A DNA stretch of 32,000 bases from Wolbachia endosymbiont of Drosophila innubila (GCF_021378375.1 NZ_CP076228.1:1080001-1112000); one strand, 5' to 3'; positions 1 through 8,840 are shown, numbered from the stretch's first letter. Made by a program: numbers and translations. The notes: generated from the sequence alone by a model not told the origin.

Positions 1-652
1 CGTTCTTACTATTTATACCACATAATGTGGAATAAAGGTCATCTGCGCCTGGAGTGGTAAGATTATCGCTATTATCTTCTCTGTCATTATTGATGCATGT
101 TCCAAGTGTTCCAATAGACGCAGCATTATAGCCAGAGTTTTGCCAGATCTGGCGGCAAAATTCTACTACTGAAGTTTTACCATTTGTACCAGTTACAGCA
201 GCAACATATTTGGGCTGTTTGAATTGATAAAACCTGCTGACTATTTCTCTGTATATTTCTTGAGGGTTTGGGTGGTCAAGCACTGCAAAACTCGGAGTAT
301 TTGTCATGCAAGTAGCTGACACTGGAATCCAGTTTTTATTATGCAATTGCTTAGTGTGTTCATTTGCAATTAAATTTTCTGGATCCAAGTAGTCAAGCAC
401 TGGGATGACATCTTTTTTGGTTCCTTGTATGACAACGTCTACACAGTCGTGTGCGTGATACTGGGATTCAGTAGGAAAAATCTGGATACATGCTGGTTTT
501 CTAGATTCCAGCGTCACGCGCTGGAATGACACCGCAGACACACAAACAAAAAGATAACCTTCCTTTACTCTATTGGGATTACATGTAACGCCCTTGATTT
601 CAATATCAAAGTTAACATCAATAATGTTATGCAGTAATTCTCTCAGTTTCAT
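1..652 (-). CDS. murE: Mur ligase, MurE-like (UDP-N-acetylmuramoyl-tripeptide synthetase), N-terminal part; gene continues beyond window start
   Basis: Absent from the ORF track because it runs off the edge. My minus-strand translation from the ATG (complement of 650-652) stays open to position 1: MKLRELLHNIIDVNFDIEIKGVTCNPNRVKEGYLF...QPKYVAAVTGTNGKTSVVEFCRQIW... GTNGKTS is the Mur-ligase P-loop. The start overlaps the metC stop (ATGA). Confidence 0.75.
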   Translation of the reverse strand, partial: MKLRELLHNIIDVNFDIEIKGVTCNPNRVKEGYLFVCVSAVSFQRVTLESRKPACIQIFPTESQYHAHDCVDVVIQGTKKDVIPVLDYLDPENLIANEHTKQLHNKNWIPVSATCMTNTPSFAVLDHPNPQEIYREIVSRFYQFKQPKYVAAVTGTNGKTSVVEFCRQIWQNSGYNAASIGTLGTCINNDREDNSDNLTTPGADDLYSTLCGINSKN

Positions 653-1860
653 CTGCCAGTTTTAGTGTTCAAACATGGCAACCTTGCTAGTGCAGCATTT
701 AAATCAGAGATTAAATCTTCAGGATCTTCCAGTCCACAAAATATCCGTATAAAACTTCCACCATAATCTGAATTCATTACAGATCTTGACATAGATCTAC
801 GATCTATTGGTAATATCAAACTGTCGCATCCTCCCCAAGAAGCACCGATACCAAAAATTTTCATGTGATCAACCATGCAGCTTAGTTCTTCACATGAATA
901 TTCTCTATCTAGTGCTATACTGAATGTGCCGCTTGCTCCTTTGAAGTAACTTTTCCATAATTCGTGTTGAGGATGGGAGGGAAGTGCTGGATACAAAACT
1001 TTTTTGATTTTTGAATGTTTTTCTAGCCACTTTGCCACTTCCATTGCTGTATTTTGGTACCTTTTCATACGTGTGTACAATGTTCTAAGTCCCCTATGTG
1101 CAAGGTAGCAGTCGTGCGATTGAATGGTTACCCCATAATTTTTATAGCTCTCATAAAGCAATTTAAAAATTTCACCTTCAGCAATAATAGCCCCCATCAC
1201 TAAATCTGAGTGACCGGCTAGATACTTTGTCACCGCATATAGTGCAACATCAACTCCATAATCAAGCGGCTTAAATAACAAAGGAGTGGCCCATGAATTG
1301 TCACAAACGGTCACAATTTTATGTTCCTTAGCAACTTTTACTATATGCTCTATATTCGAAATCTCAAACGTTACAGAACCAGGAGTCTCGATCATTATCA
1401 ATGAAGTATTACTCTGAATTAAATCAGTTATATCCTGTGTTGGATCATAAAAAGTTACTTCTGTTCCTCTTTTTGGTAGCTCATTTTCTGCAAACCTCCT
1501 AAGCCTATAATAACTATTATCTTGAATTAAAACGTGCGAGCCTGCTTTAGCGAAAGTTAGAATAGCAAAAGTAAGTGCAAATAGTCCGGAAGGATAAATA
1601 AGCGCTTGTCCACTCCCTTCAATTTCAGCCAGTGCATTTGAAAGATAATGAACAGTAGGAGTACCAACATTACTGTAGCTATAATCCCTTGCAACACCAT
1701 CGTTGATTACATCGTATATACTTTCTCCATTTGCTGCATTTAAGTAGTCCTTGTAAGTAGGGAATAATATGGTAGAAGAATGATAAACTGGCGGGTTCAT
1801 GGAACCTTTATAGTCATTAAATTTTCTTCCTGCTTTAACTAATATAGACTCTTCCTTCAC
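649..1860 (-). CDS. metC: Cystathionine beta-lyase (Cys/Met-metabolism PLP-dependent enzyme)
   Basis: 403-aa ORF. PLP-lysine context YAVTKYLAGHSDLVMG and overall length fit the MetC/cystathionine beta-lyase family. Confidence 0.85.
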   Translation of the reverse strand: MKEESILVKAGRKFNDYKGSMNPPVYHSSTILFPTYKDYLNAANGESIYDVINDGVARDYSYSNVGTPTVHYLSNALAEIEGSGQALIYPSGLFALTFAILTFAKAGSHVLIQDNSYYRLRRFAENELPKRGTEVTFYDPTQDITDLIQSNTSLIMIETPGSVTFEISNIEHIVKVAKEHKIVTVCDNSWATPLLFKPLDYGVDVALYAVTKYLAGHSDLVMGAIIAEGEIFKLLYESYKNYGVTIQSHDCYLAHRGLRTLYTRMKRYQNTAMEVAKWLEKHSKIKKVLYPALPSHPQHELWKSYFKGASGTFSIALDREYSCEELSCMVDHMKIFGIGASWGGCDSLILPIDRRSMSRSVMNSDYGGSFIRIFCGLEDPEDLISDLNAALARLPCLNTKTGR

Positions 1861-1867
1861 ATTTTTA

Positions 1868-2173
1868 TTATTTATTTTTTAAATTGTACTCATCTTGCGT
1901 ATACAAGTGAAGAGAAATTGCATGTATTAGCTCTATCTCACCCTTCAATAACTCATAAATCAACTTGTGTCTTTTTAGAACGCTCATTCCAATAAAGCCG
2001 TCAGATATTAATATTAATTTAATGTGCGAAGGTAATGTTGAAGATGAAGCAAAATAATGATCAGTATGCTTTGCTGATTCATCGATAATGTTGATATCAA
2101 TTACATCTATCGAATCGCGTATCTTTTCTTCTATTGCCTTAATAATGTCCATAATGGTTTCTTTAAGCAACAA
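1868..2173 (-). CDS. BolA family protein
   Basis: 101-aa ORF with a BolA-like core: HTDHY...SHIKLILISDGFIGMSVLKRHKLIYELL...IHAISLHLYT. The true start may be the internal Met (MDIIKAIEEK). Confidence 0.75.
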   Translation of the reverse strand: MLLKETIMDIIKAIEEKIRDSIDVIDINIIDESAKHTDHYFASSSTLPSHIKLILISDGFIGMSVLKRHKLIYELLKGEIELIHAISLHLYTQDEYNLKNK

Positions 2174-2182
2174 TATGCTCCT

Positions 2183-2217
2183 CCTGTCATCTCAGTGTCA
2201 GCTACTCGGATGACAGG
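2183..2217. repeat. Palindromic repeat element between dnaK stop and bolA-like start (cctgtcatc...gatgacagg, 9-bp arms)
   Basis: Inverted arms at 2183-2191 and 2209-2217 flank tcagtgtcagctactcg. The same family (ggatNccagtgtcagctactNgNatgac) occurs at 303-330, 19264-19295 and 28281-28312. Confidence 0.8.
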
Positions 2218-2231
2218 AAAAGTGATCACAA

Positions 2232-4154
2232 TTATTTATTCTCTTCTTTATTATCTATGTCTTGATAATCAGAATCTACTACTTTTTCCTCTTTATCATT
2301 TGGATTTCCTTCTGATGAAAAGCCATTTTCAGCACTATTTTGTTGAGATGTTTGATACATAGCTTCTCCAAGTTTCATAGATAATTGAGAAAGATTAGTA
2401 ACTTTCTGCTGTATTGAATCAGCGTCATCAATGTTATCAGATTTACTAACTTCTTTTAATTCGTTAACTGCATTTTCAATAGCAGATCTATCTTCTGGTG
2501 AAACTTTATCACCATACTCTGTCAGAGACTTTTCTGTAGAATGGACTAAGCTATCCGCTTGATTCTTCACTTCAATAAACTTTTTGCGCTTTTCATCTTC
2601 TTGCGCTTTTTCTTCAGCTTCTTTTACCATGCGATTTATTTCATTATCAGATAAACCACCTGAAGATTGAATGCGTATTTTTTGCTCTTTTCCAGTAGCT
2701 TTATCTTTTGCAGAAACGTGTGCTATTCCATTTGCATCTATATCAAATGTCACTTCAATTTGTGGCCTTCCGCGCGGAGCAGGAGGTATCCCTTCCAAAC
2801 TAAACTGACCGAGTAGCTTATTATCAACTGCCAGTTTTCTTTCACCCTGATGCACCTTAATTGTAACAGCTGTTTGGTTATCTTCTGCAGTTGAAAACAC
2901 CTGAGATTTTTTAGTAGGAATTGTAGTATTACGCTCAATAAGTGGAGTGAATACTCCTCCTAGAGTTTCAATACCAAGAGAAAGTGGGGTCACATCAAGT
3001 AGTAACACATCTCTTACATCACCTTGAATGATCCCCGCCTGTATTGCAGCTCCAATTGCTACAACTTCATCAGGGTTAACTCCTCTATGTGGATCTTTGC
3101 CAAAGAATTCTTTAACTTTCTCTATGACTTTTGGCATACGAGTCATGCCACCAACAAGAACCACTTCGCCAATTTGACTAGCAGATAAACCAGCATCCTC
3201 AAGAGCTTTTTTACAAGGAGCCATAGTTCTTTCGATTAAATCATTCACTAAGCTTTCAAGTTTTGCTCTCGTTAATTTCATATTTAAGTGTTTTGGACCA
3301 CTTGCATCAGCTGTAATAAACGGTAGATTTATTTCCGTTTCCATTGCACTTGATAATTCAATTTTCGCTTTTTCAGCAGCTTCTTTGATTCTTTGCATAG
3401 CCATTGGATCATTTTTCAAATCAATGCCATTACTTTTCTTGAATTCATCTAGTAAATAACTCACTACTCCATTATCAAAGTCTTCACCTCCAAGATGGGT
3501 ATCACCGTTTGTTGCTTTCACTTCGAAAACTCCATCACCTATTTCAAGTATTGAAACGTCAAATGTACCACCACCAAGGTCATATACTACTATTGTGTGC
3601 CCATGTTTCTTATCAAGACCATAAGCAAGTGCTGCAGCAGTCGGTTCATTTACTATTCTGAGTACATTTAATCCGGCAATTTTTCCTGCATCTTTTGTTG
3701 CTTGACGTTGAGAGTCGTTGAAGTATGCTGGCACTGTTATCACAGCATCTTTTACTTCCTCTCCAAGATAAGCTTCTGCTGCCTCTTTCATGTTTTGTAG
3801 TATAAATGCACCAATTTGACTAGGAGAATATTCTTTATTATCAGTTGTTTTAACCCATGCATCACCACTTTTTGCTGCAAATACTTTGTATGGTACACTT
3901 AGATTTTTCATCTCAGGATCACTATATTGACGGCCTATTAATCTCTTAGTAGCAAAAAAGGTATTACTTGCATTGGTGGTTGCTTGCCTTTTTGCTGGAG
4001 CACCAATCAACCTTTCTCCTGAAGAAGTCAATGCAACTATAGATGGAGTAGTTCTTGCCCCTTCTTTATTTTCTATTACCTTTGTATCCTTGCCCTGCAT
4101 TATTGCAACACAAGAATTTGTTGTTCCGAGATCTATGCCTATTGCTCTTCCCAT
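2232..4154 (-). CDS. dnaK: Molecular chaperone DnaK (Hsp70)
   Basis: 640-aa ORF. The N-terminus [27 protein letters not shown] and the C-terminal lid region are canonical Hsp70. Confidence 0.97.
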   Translation of the reverse strand: MGRAIGIDLGTTNSCVAIMQGKDTKVIENKEGARTTPSIVALTSSGERLIGAPAKRQATTNASNTFFATKRLIGRQYSDPEMKNLSVPYKVFAAKSGDAWVKTTDNKEYSPSQIGAFILQNMKEAAEAYLGEEVKDAVITVPAYFNDSQRQATKDAGKIAGLNVLRIVNEPTAAALAYGLDKKHGHTIVVYDLGGGTFDVSILEIGDGVFEVKATNGDTHLGGEDFDNGVVSYLLDEFKKSNGIDLKNDPMAMQRIKEAAEKAKIELSSAMETEINLPFITADASGPKHLNMKLTRAKLESLVNDLIERTMAPCKKALEDAGLSASQIGEVVLVGGMTRMPKVIEKVKEFFGKDPHRGVNPDEVVAIGAAIQAGIIQGDVRDVLLLDVTPLSLGIETLGGVFTPLIERNTTIPTKKSQVFSTAEDNQTAVTIKVHQGERKLAVDNKLLGQFSLEGIPPAPRGRPQIEVTFDIDANGIAHVSAKDKATGKEQKIRIQSSGGLSDNEINRMVKEAEEKAQEDEKRKKFIEVKNQADSLVHSTEKSLTEYGDKVSPEDRSAIENAVNELKEVSKSDNIDDADSIQQKVTNLSQLSMKLGEAMYQTSQQNSAENGFSSEGNPNDKEEKVVDSDYQDIDNKEENK

Positions 4155-4240
4155 AATGAGTACCCCATTGTAAATATTATCTGATATAAGAATATATAAG
4201 TATAGGGCTCATTAATTACAAGCCCAATTTAGGTTTCTAA

Positions 4241-6004
4241 TTAGTTATTAGAACTTAAAAGGCGCGAAAGCCACTTAGTCAGCCAAAAATTGCCTCGTAG
4301 TTTATTTGAATTATCAGCTTCTTCATTGCTGCTATCCCCAATTTGGTATCCAGAGTTCTGTAATGGCTTATAACCGTTTAAATTAACATCATCTCCTTGT
4401 TTTAAAACAAATGTATTTACATCTAAACTGTTATCAATACTAACGTTCAATGTAATATTAAACTCTTTTTCGATTGTAGAAACTGTATTGCGTTTGTTAT
4501 TAAAAATGTGCGCTATAACTGCACTGTGTGCTACTAAATCAAAAGACTTATTTCGATTCTTGTTAGCAATATGTTGTAAATCCCTTAGTATTGATGAAAC
4601 AATTACTTCGTTTGATTTTACTCTTCCAGTACCTTTGCAGTGTAAACACTCTGTAGTATTAATTTCTTGTATGTTTGGTTTAATTCTTTGCCTTGAAAAT
4701 ACCATTAAACCAAAGTCATTTATGTAGCTAAATTGAACTTTAGCTTTATCATCTTTAAACGCTTGCTTTATAGCAGACTCAACAGCTCTGCAATACTGAT
4801 ATTTCAACATATCAATAAAATCGACTACTATTAATCCTGATAGGCCCCTAAGATTCACCTGTCTTGATATTTCAGGTACTGCTTCCATGTTGGTTCTATA
4901 AGCTGTTTCTTCTATGCTATCTTCTCCTGTCATCTTTCCTGAATTTACGTCTATTGAAACAAACGCCTCAGTTAAAGTTATTATCAAAGACCCACCAGAT
5001 GGCAATTCTACTCTATTGCTATATAACTCAGAAATTTGATCTTCGATTCCGTAGTAAGTAAAGATCGGAGCATAACCTCTATACAATCTATAGCGCAACT
5101 TACTACCTTTTAGTGCATTATTAGCATATTGCCTAACTGCCTCAAAAGCTTCCTTTCCAGACACTATAACTTCTATACCATCGCTACAAAAATCACGAAC
5201 AGATCTCATAATTACATCTGCTTCATTGTAAATTAATGATGGAACGTTTACAGAGAAGGCATTTTTTTGAATGCTCTGCCATAATGAGGATAAGTAATTG
5301 TAATCCTGCTCAATTTCTTTCTTATTTTTTCCTGAACCAACAGTTCTTACTATTAAACCTGATCTTTTTGGCAAGTTTATTGAACTCAGCATCTCCTTTA
5401 ACTGCTTTCTGACATTAGCATCTTCAATTCTGCGGGACACTCCACCTTTGCTCATGGAATTTGGCATGAAAACACAGTATCTACCCACTAAAGTTATGTA
5501 TGTTGTAAATGAAGCTCCTTTATTGCCTCGTTCCTCTTTAGTTAGCTGGACCAATACTTTTTGATTTACTGAAATAACATCTTGTAATTTGTATTTTTTA
5601 TATAAAGGTACCTCTCTTACAAAACCACTACCTGATCCGTTGACATTCTTACTAGCTGCAGAATCTGAAGAAACATTTGCTGAGGCTTCTTCTATACAAT
5701 CGTCATTTGAGTAGCCCTCAAAGATAGTTTCCTTTTCTTTTTCTGGAATGTTGAAGTAATCTAGAGATATCTCGGAAAAAGACAAAAAACCTTGCTTATT
5801 TTTCCCATATTCAATAAATACGGCTTGCAAAGAAGGCTCTATACGCTTTATATAAGCAACGTATATATTACCTCTTAATTGTTTTTTTTCCTTGAATTCT
5901 TGTTCAAATTCTACAACCTTGTTATTAATTGACAAGGCAACTCTTACCTCATTAGAACAGATAGAATTTTCTATCAATAATACCCTTTTACCACTATTTG
6001 TCAC
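4241..6004 (-). CDS. rne: Ribonuclease E/G family endoribonuclease
   Basis: 587-aa ORF. It has an N-terminal S1-like segment (GNIYVAYIKRIEPSLQAVFIEYG), a catalytic core (SGGSLIITLTEAFVSIDVNSG) and a CHCKGTG zinc-link motif. Confidence 0.85.
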   Translation of the reverse strand: MTNSGKRVLLIENSICSNEVRVALSINNKVVEFEQEFKEKKQLRGNIYVAYIKRIEPSLQAVFIEYGKNKQGFLSFSEISLDYFNIPEKEKETIFEGYSNDDCIEEASANVSSDSAASKNVNGSGSGFVREVPLYKKYKLQDVISVNQKVLVQLTKEERGNKGASFTTYITLVGRYCVFMPNSMSKGGVSRRIEDANVRKQLKEMLSSINLPKRSGLIVRTVGSGKNKKEIEQDYNYLSSLWQSIQKNAFSVNVPSLIYNEADVIMRSVRDFCSDGIEVIVSGKEAFEAVRQYANNALKGSKLRYRLYRGYAPIFTYYGIEDQISELYSNRVELPSGGSLIITLTEAFVSIDVNSGKMTGEDSIEETAYRTNMEAVPEISRQVNLRGLSGLIVVDFIDMLKYQYCRAVESAIKQAFKDDKAKVQFSYINDFGLMVFSRQRIKPNIQEINTTECLHCKGTGRVKSNEVIVSSILRDLQHIANKNRNKSFDLVAHSAVIAHIFNNKRNTVSTIEKEFNITLNVSIDNSLDVNTFVLKQGDDVNLNGYKPLQNSGYQIGDSSNEEADNSNKLRGNFWLTKWLSRLLSSNN

Positions 6005-6153
6005 TTATTTACCGTTTGCTTTTTATTCTGAAGTTAACTTTATGCTACTTAATGCACTGTTGATTGTCAAGGATTTTGCAATCTGCATTATTCGATTGAC
6101 TTTTAGTATTTTGCGTAATAAACTCGCATAGAATTTATTATATCATTATAAGT

Positions 6154-6354
6154 ATGGCGAAAAAAAATGCTTCTTTGCTCGTTAAGTTAGTCAGCACTGC
6201 AATCAAGATAACAAAAACTGGTGAAGAAAAATCAACTGGCTATTTTTATGTAAAAAAGCGTAATCCAAAAAAGCTCACCAAAAAACTGGAGTTTAGGAAG
6301 TATGACCCAGTAGTCAGAAGGCATGTGTTATTTAAAGAAGAAAAACTAAAGTAA
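6154..6354 (+). CDS. rpmG: 50S ribosomal protein L33
   Basis: 66-aa ORF: MAKKN...VKLVST...[39 protein letters not shown] matches the L33 consensus. It carries about 10 extra residues ([12 protein letters not shown]) relative to the ~55-aa forms I remember. Confidence 0.9.
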   Translation: MAKKNASLLVKLVSTAIKITKTGEEKSTGYFYVKKRNPKKLTKKLEFRKYDPVVRRHVLFKEEKLK

Positions 6355-6379
6355 TTTTTTTATAAGGAATTTTATTATT

Positions 6380-6655
6380 ATGCAAAATTTACAATTAAGT
6401 TATCCTATAATAGTAGAGTTGGGGGATGTGAAAGATACAAAACTGAAATTAATAAAGGTCATTGCACAATTAATAAGTAAGAAGTACACAACACAGAAAA
6501 AAGCAGCAAACGCTCTAAAGATTGATCAACCTAAAGTATCTCAAATCAATAGGTCAAAAATCGAAGGGTTCTCCTTAGAATACTTGCTTAACTTATTGAT
6601 TGTATTGGGCCAAGACATAAACGTAAGAATAAAGCATAATTCTAAACCTGCATAA
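6380..6655 (+). CDS. XRE-family helix-turn-helix protein (HTH_37/antitoxin-like)
   Basis: 91-aa ORF. TQKKAANALKIDQPKVSQINRSKIEGFSLEYLLNLLIVLGQDINVRI fits the XRE-type HTH pattern ending in FSLdxLl..l..LG..v.i. Confidence 0.7.
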   Translation: MQNLQLSYPIIVELGDVKDTKLKLIKVIAQLISKKYTTQKKAANALKIDQPKVSQINRSKIEGFSLEYLLNLLIVLGQDINVRIKHNSKPA

Positions 6656-6659
6656 TATG

Positions 6660-6697
6660 GTATCCGTTCAGCGGAGTGGCAAAATAAGGTAGACAAG
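6660..6697. repeat. Solo copy of the IS66-like element terminal sequence (gtatcYgttcagcRgagtggYaRaataaggtagac)
   Basis: Near-identical to 12153-12190 and to 22269-22306. The last of these is followed by an IS66-type transposase N-terminus. Confidence 0.65.
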
Positions 6698-6710
6698 ATA
6701 AATCAATCTC

Positions 6711-6876
6711 GGTGTCAAGCACTGGGATGATAAGGTATAAACCTTATCGTCATGCCGCCGCGAACCGTCATACCGCGATTCATTCGCGGTATCTCTAGAT
6801 CCCGCTAACAAGTAGCGGGATGACGGTTATCAGGCCAGCACCCCTACGATGTCATCCCAGTGCTTGACACTGGGAT
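6711..6876. repeat. Cluster of short palindromic repeat elements
   Basis: Contains cgtcatgccgccgcgaaccgtcataccgcg...agatcccgctaacaagtagcgggatgacgg and gtcatcccagtgcttgacactgggat. The same families recur at 15286-15319, 26101-26258, 27956-28200 and 28318-28372. Confidence 0.85.
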
Positions 6877-7165
6877 GGCTTTGTTGCATCGCTCAAGTGA
6901 AAAGAACTGGCAGTTACTGACAAAATTCATTATAAATAGCCATTTAACTGTTGAAGAAAAAATATGCCACAAAAAATGAGAGTCAGTAACTGCCATGAAT
7001 ATAACAAATTTCTCCAAGAAAGAGGAAGCATTTTTTGTTATATCAATGACGCCATAGAAAATTGGTACGAGAATTGTCCAAAAATGCAGGGCGGCAACTA
7101 TATTTATAGTGATAAAGTTGTGATTTTGGTGCATATAATCGTCAGTTTCTTTAGAATTGGTTTAA

Positions 7166-8079
7166 GAGGTTGTTCGGAAACTAGTAAATTCAAGCATATT
7201 CCCTCTTTAACATAACCCTACTCATAGCTAGGTATATGAAATTCTCAGTGGATGTTGTGAGTAAATCATACTCCTTCGATAGCCTTCTATTCCTATTAAC
7301 CCAAGCAAAAGTCCTTTCTACAACCCATCTTCTTGGCTGTACTTTAAACCCTTGTTCTCTTGTTGGTAGTAGCTCAGGTGGCGTATCTTTGTGCACCCAA
7401 AATCTACATGGAGGCCTTTTAACAATTTCAATATCTATGTCATATTCTTCCTTTATGTGATTCTTTAAATTTCTTCCTTGGTATCCCATGTCAGCCCACA
7501 TTTTTAACTTTAGTATATTTTGTTCTCATATTGTTTAATGCTATTTTAATACCATCTCTATCATTTTCGTTAGCAGCGCCTACGTAACAACCTAGTATAA
7601 AACCCTGAGTGTCTGTAATTATATGCCTTTTTCTACCCTTTACTTTTTTACTTCCATCATAGCTTTGATCCCCCTTTTCTGTAGTCTTTACAGATTGACT
7701 ATCTACTATACAGGCACTCGGCTGCTCATTCTTTCCTATTTTCTTCTACTATATTTTGTAATTTCATAATTCATTTTCTCAAAAATTCCCTGCTTCTTCC
7801 ATTGCCTGAACTGCTCATACACAGTCTTCCATAGCGGAAAATCATTTGGTAAATACCGCCATTGACACCCTGTACGCAATACATAGAAAATTGCTTCTAA
7901 TATTTCTTTTTGCTATACTTTGGCAGCCTTCCTCCTTTCTTGTATGATACTCTGAAGTGTTTTTCTATTCTTGCCCATTCCCTTTCGCTTAGATCTGTTG
8001 GATACTTTTTTTTTTCTCATCTTTACCCCGTACTAAAATTTCAGATATTATAGCCTTTTACTTGTTTCCGGACAACCTC
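7166..8079 (-). mobile_element. IS5-family (IS1031/IS427-like, ISWpi1-like) insertion sequence, copy 1, nested in IS903-like copy A; transposase frameshifted
   Basis: Inverted repeats GAGGTTGTTCGGAAAC / GTTTCCGGACAACCTC. A TAA duplication at 7163-7165 and 8080-8082 is confirmed against the uninterrupted copy B (gaattggtttaagacaaacag). The C-terminal DDE ORF 7190..7501 has RWVVERTFAWVNRNRRLSKEY. Length 914 bp. Confidence 0.9.
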
Positions 8080-8389
8080 TAAGACAAACAGTCGGGTTTA
8101 TAAAAGGGTATTTGCAACAAATAGGAAGAGATTTGCAGCTATTCACAAGCATCAAAAGAAACTTAATATTAAGATAAATGATTGCAGAAAATAATATGGA
8201 AGATATCGAAATTGCTATAGACAGTACAGGAATTAGTATATACAACAACACACAGCAAGGAAAATAGCACTGACAGAAAATATCGTGGCTATGAGCAAAC
8301 GAGAAAATTGCACGTAATGTTGAATATAAACAACAAAAAAGCCATAGCTGTAAAATACAGTAACGGCTGATCACTATGGAGCTTGTGAT

Positions 8390-8782
8390 TTGCTAAAAGA
8401 AGTTGATTTTCAGCATGCCATAAAAGCACTATATGCAGATAGAGCATGTGATAGGCACAAGTTTTATAAGTTGTGTAACGAATATGATATAAAGACAAAA
8501 ATTCCACCAATAAACAATGCGGCAGAACATCCAGAAATAGATTATATGTCTGACAGGAATGCTGCTATTAGGTTAATAAAATTATACGGTGAAGGTGGCA
8601 TGAAAGAATGGAAAAAAGAAGTAAATTATGGGAAAAGATCTTATATTGAAGGGTTTTTCTCAAGATTAAAGCAAATATTCGGATTTAGTTTTAGGAATAA
8701 ATCTGAGATAAATCGAGAAAAAGAACTAAATGCTATTTGCTTAATAAATTCACTGATATTGGTATGGCTAAATTTGAGATAG
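8390..8782 (+). pseudogene. C-terminal half of IS903-like transposase (copy A), with altered C-terminus
   Basis: 130-aa ORF with YADRACD...KRSYIEGFFSRLKQIFGFSFRNKSE. A 7-bp deletion relative to copy B changes the tail to ELNAICLINSLILVWLNLR, against ELLVKCYLLNKFTDIGMAKFEIVT in copy B. Confidence 0.8.
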
Positions 8783-8840
8783 TTACATGAATTTACCATA
8801 AATCACCATCTCATAAAGTGTGATGCAACAAAGCCCACTG

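Larger units (their letters stand above)
6877..8835 (+). mobile_element. IS5-family, IS903-group insertion sequence, copy A (decayed; interrupted by a nested IS at 7166-8079)
   Basis: Terminal inverted repeats GGCTTTGTTGCATC at 6877 and 8822-8835, with a 9-bp direct repeat CACTGGGAT on both flanks. Transposase pieces: 6964.. (MPQKMRVSNCHEYNKFLQERGS...) and 8390..8782 (YADRACD...YGKRSYIEGFFSRLKQIFGF). Without the nested IS it is about 1.04 kb. Confidence 0.85.

Noticed and set aside
2750-6131. ORFs 2750..2938(-), 3973..4173(+), 4488..4727(+), 4864..5061(+), 5892..6131(+)
   Set aside because: They are out-of-frame or antisense inside dnaK and rne, have low-complexity hydrophobic translations and no recognisable motifs. 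They are chance ORFs in AT-rich DNA.
6844-8510. ORFs 6844..7134(-), 7236..7460(+), 8048..8374(-), 8289..8510(-) and their twins 18123..18317(-), 18443..18796(-), 23748..23972(+)
   Set aside because: They are antisense to the IS transposase frames. They are duplicated only because the IS is duplicated, and their Cys/Leu/Phe-rich translations have no motifs.
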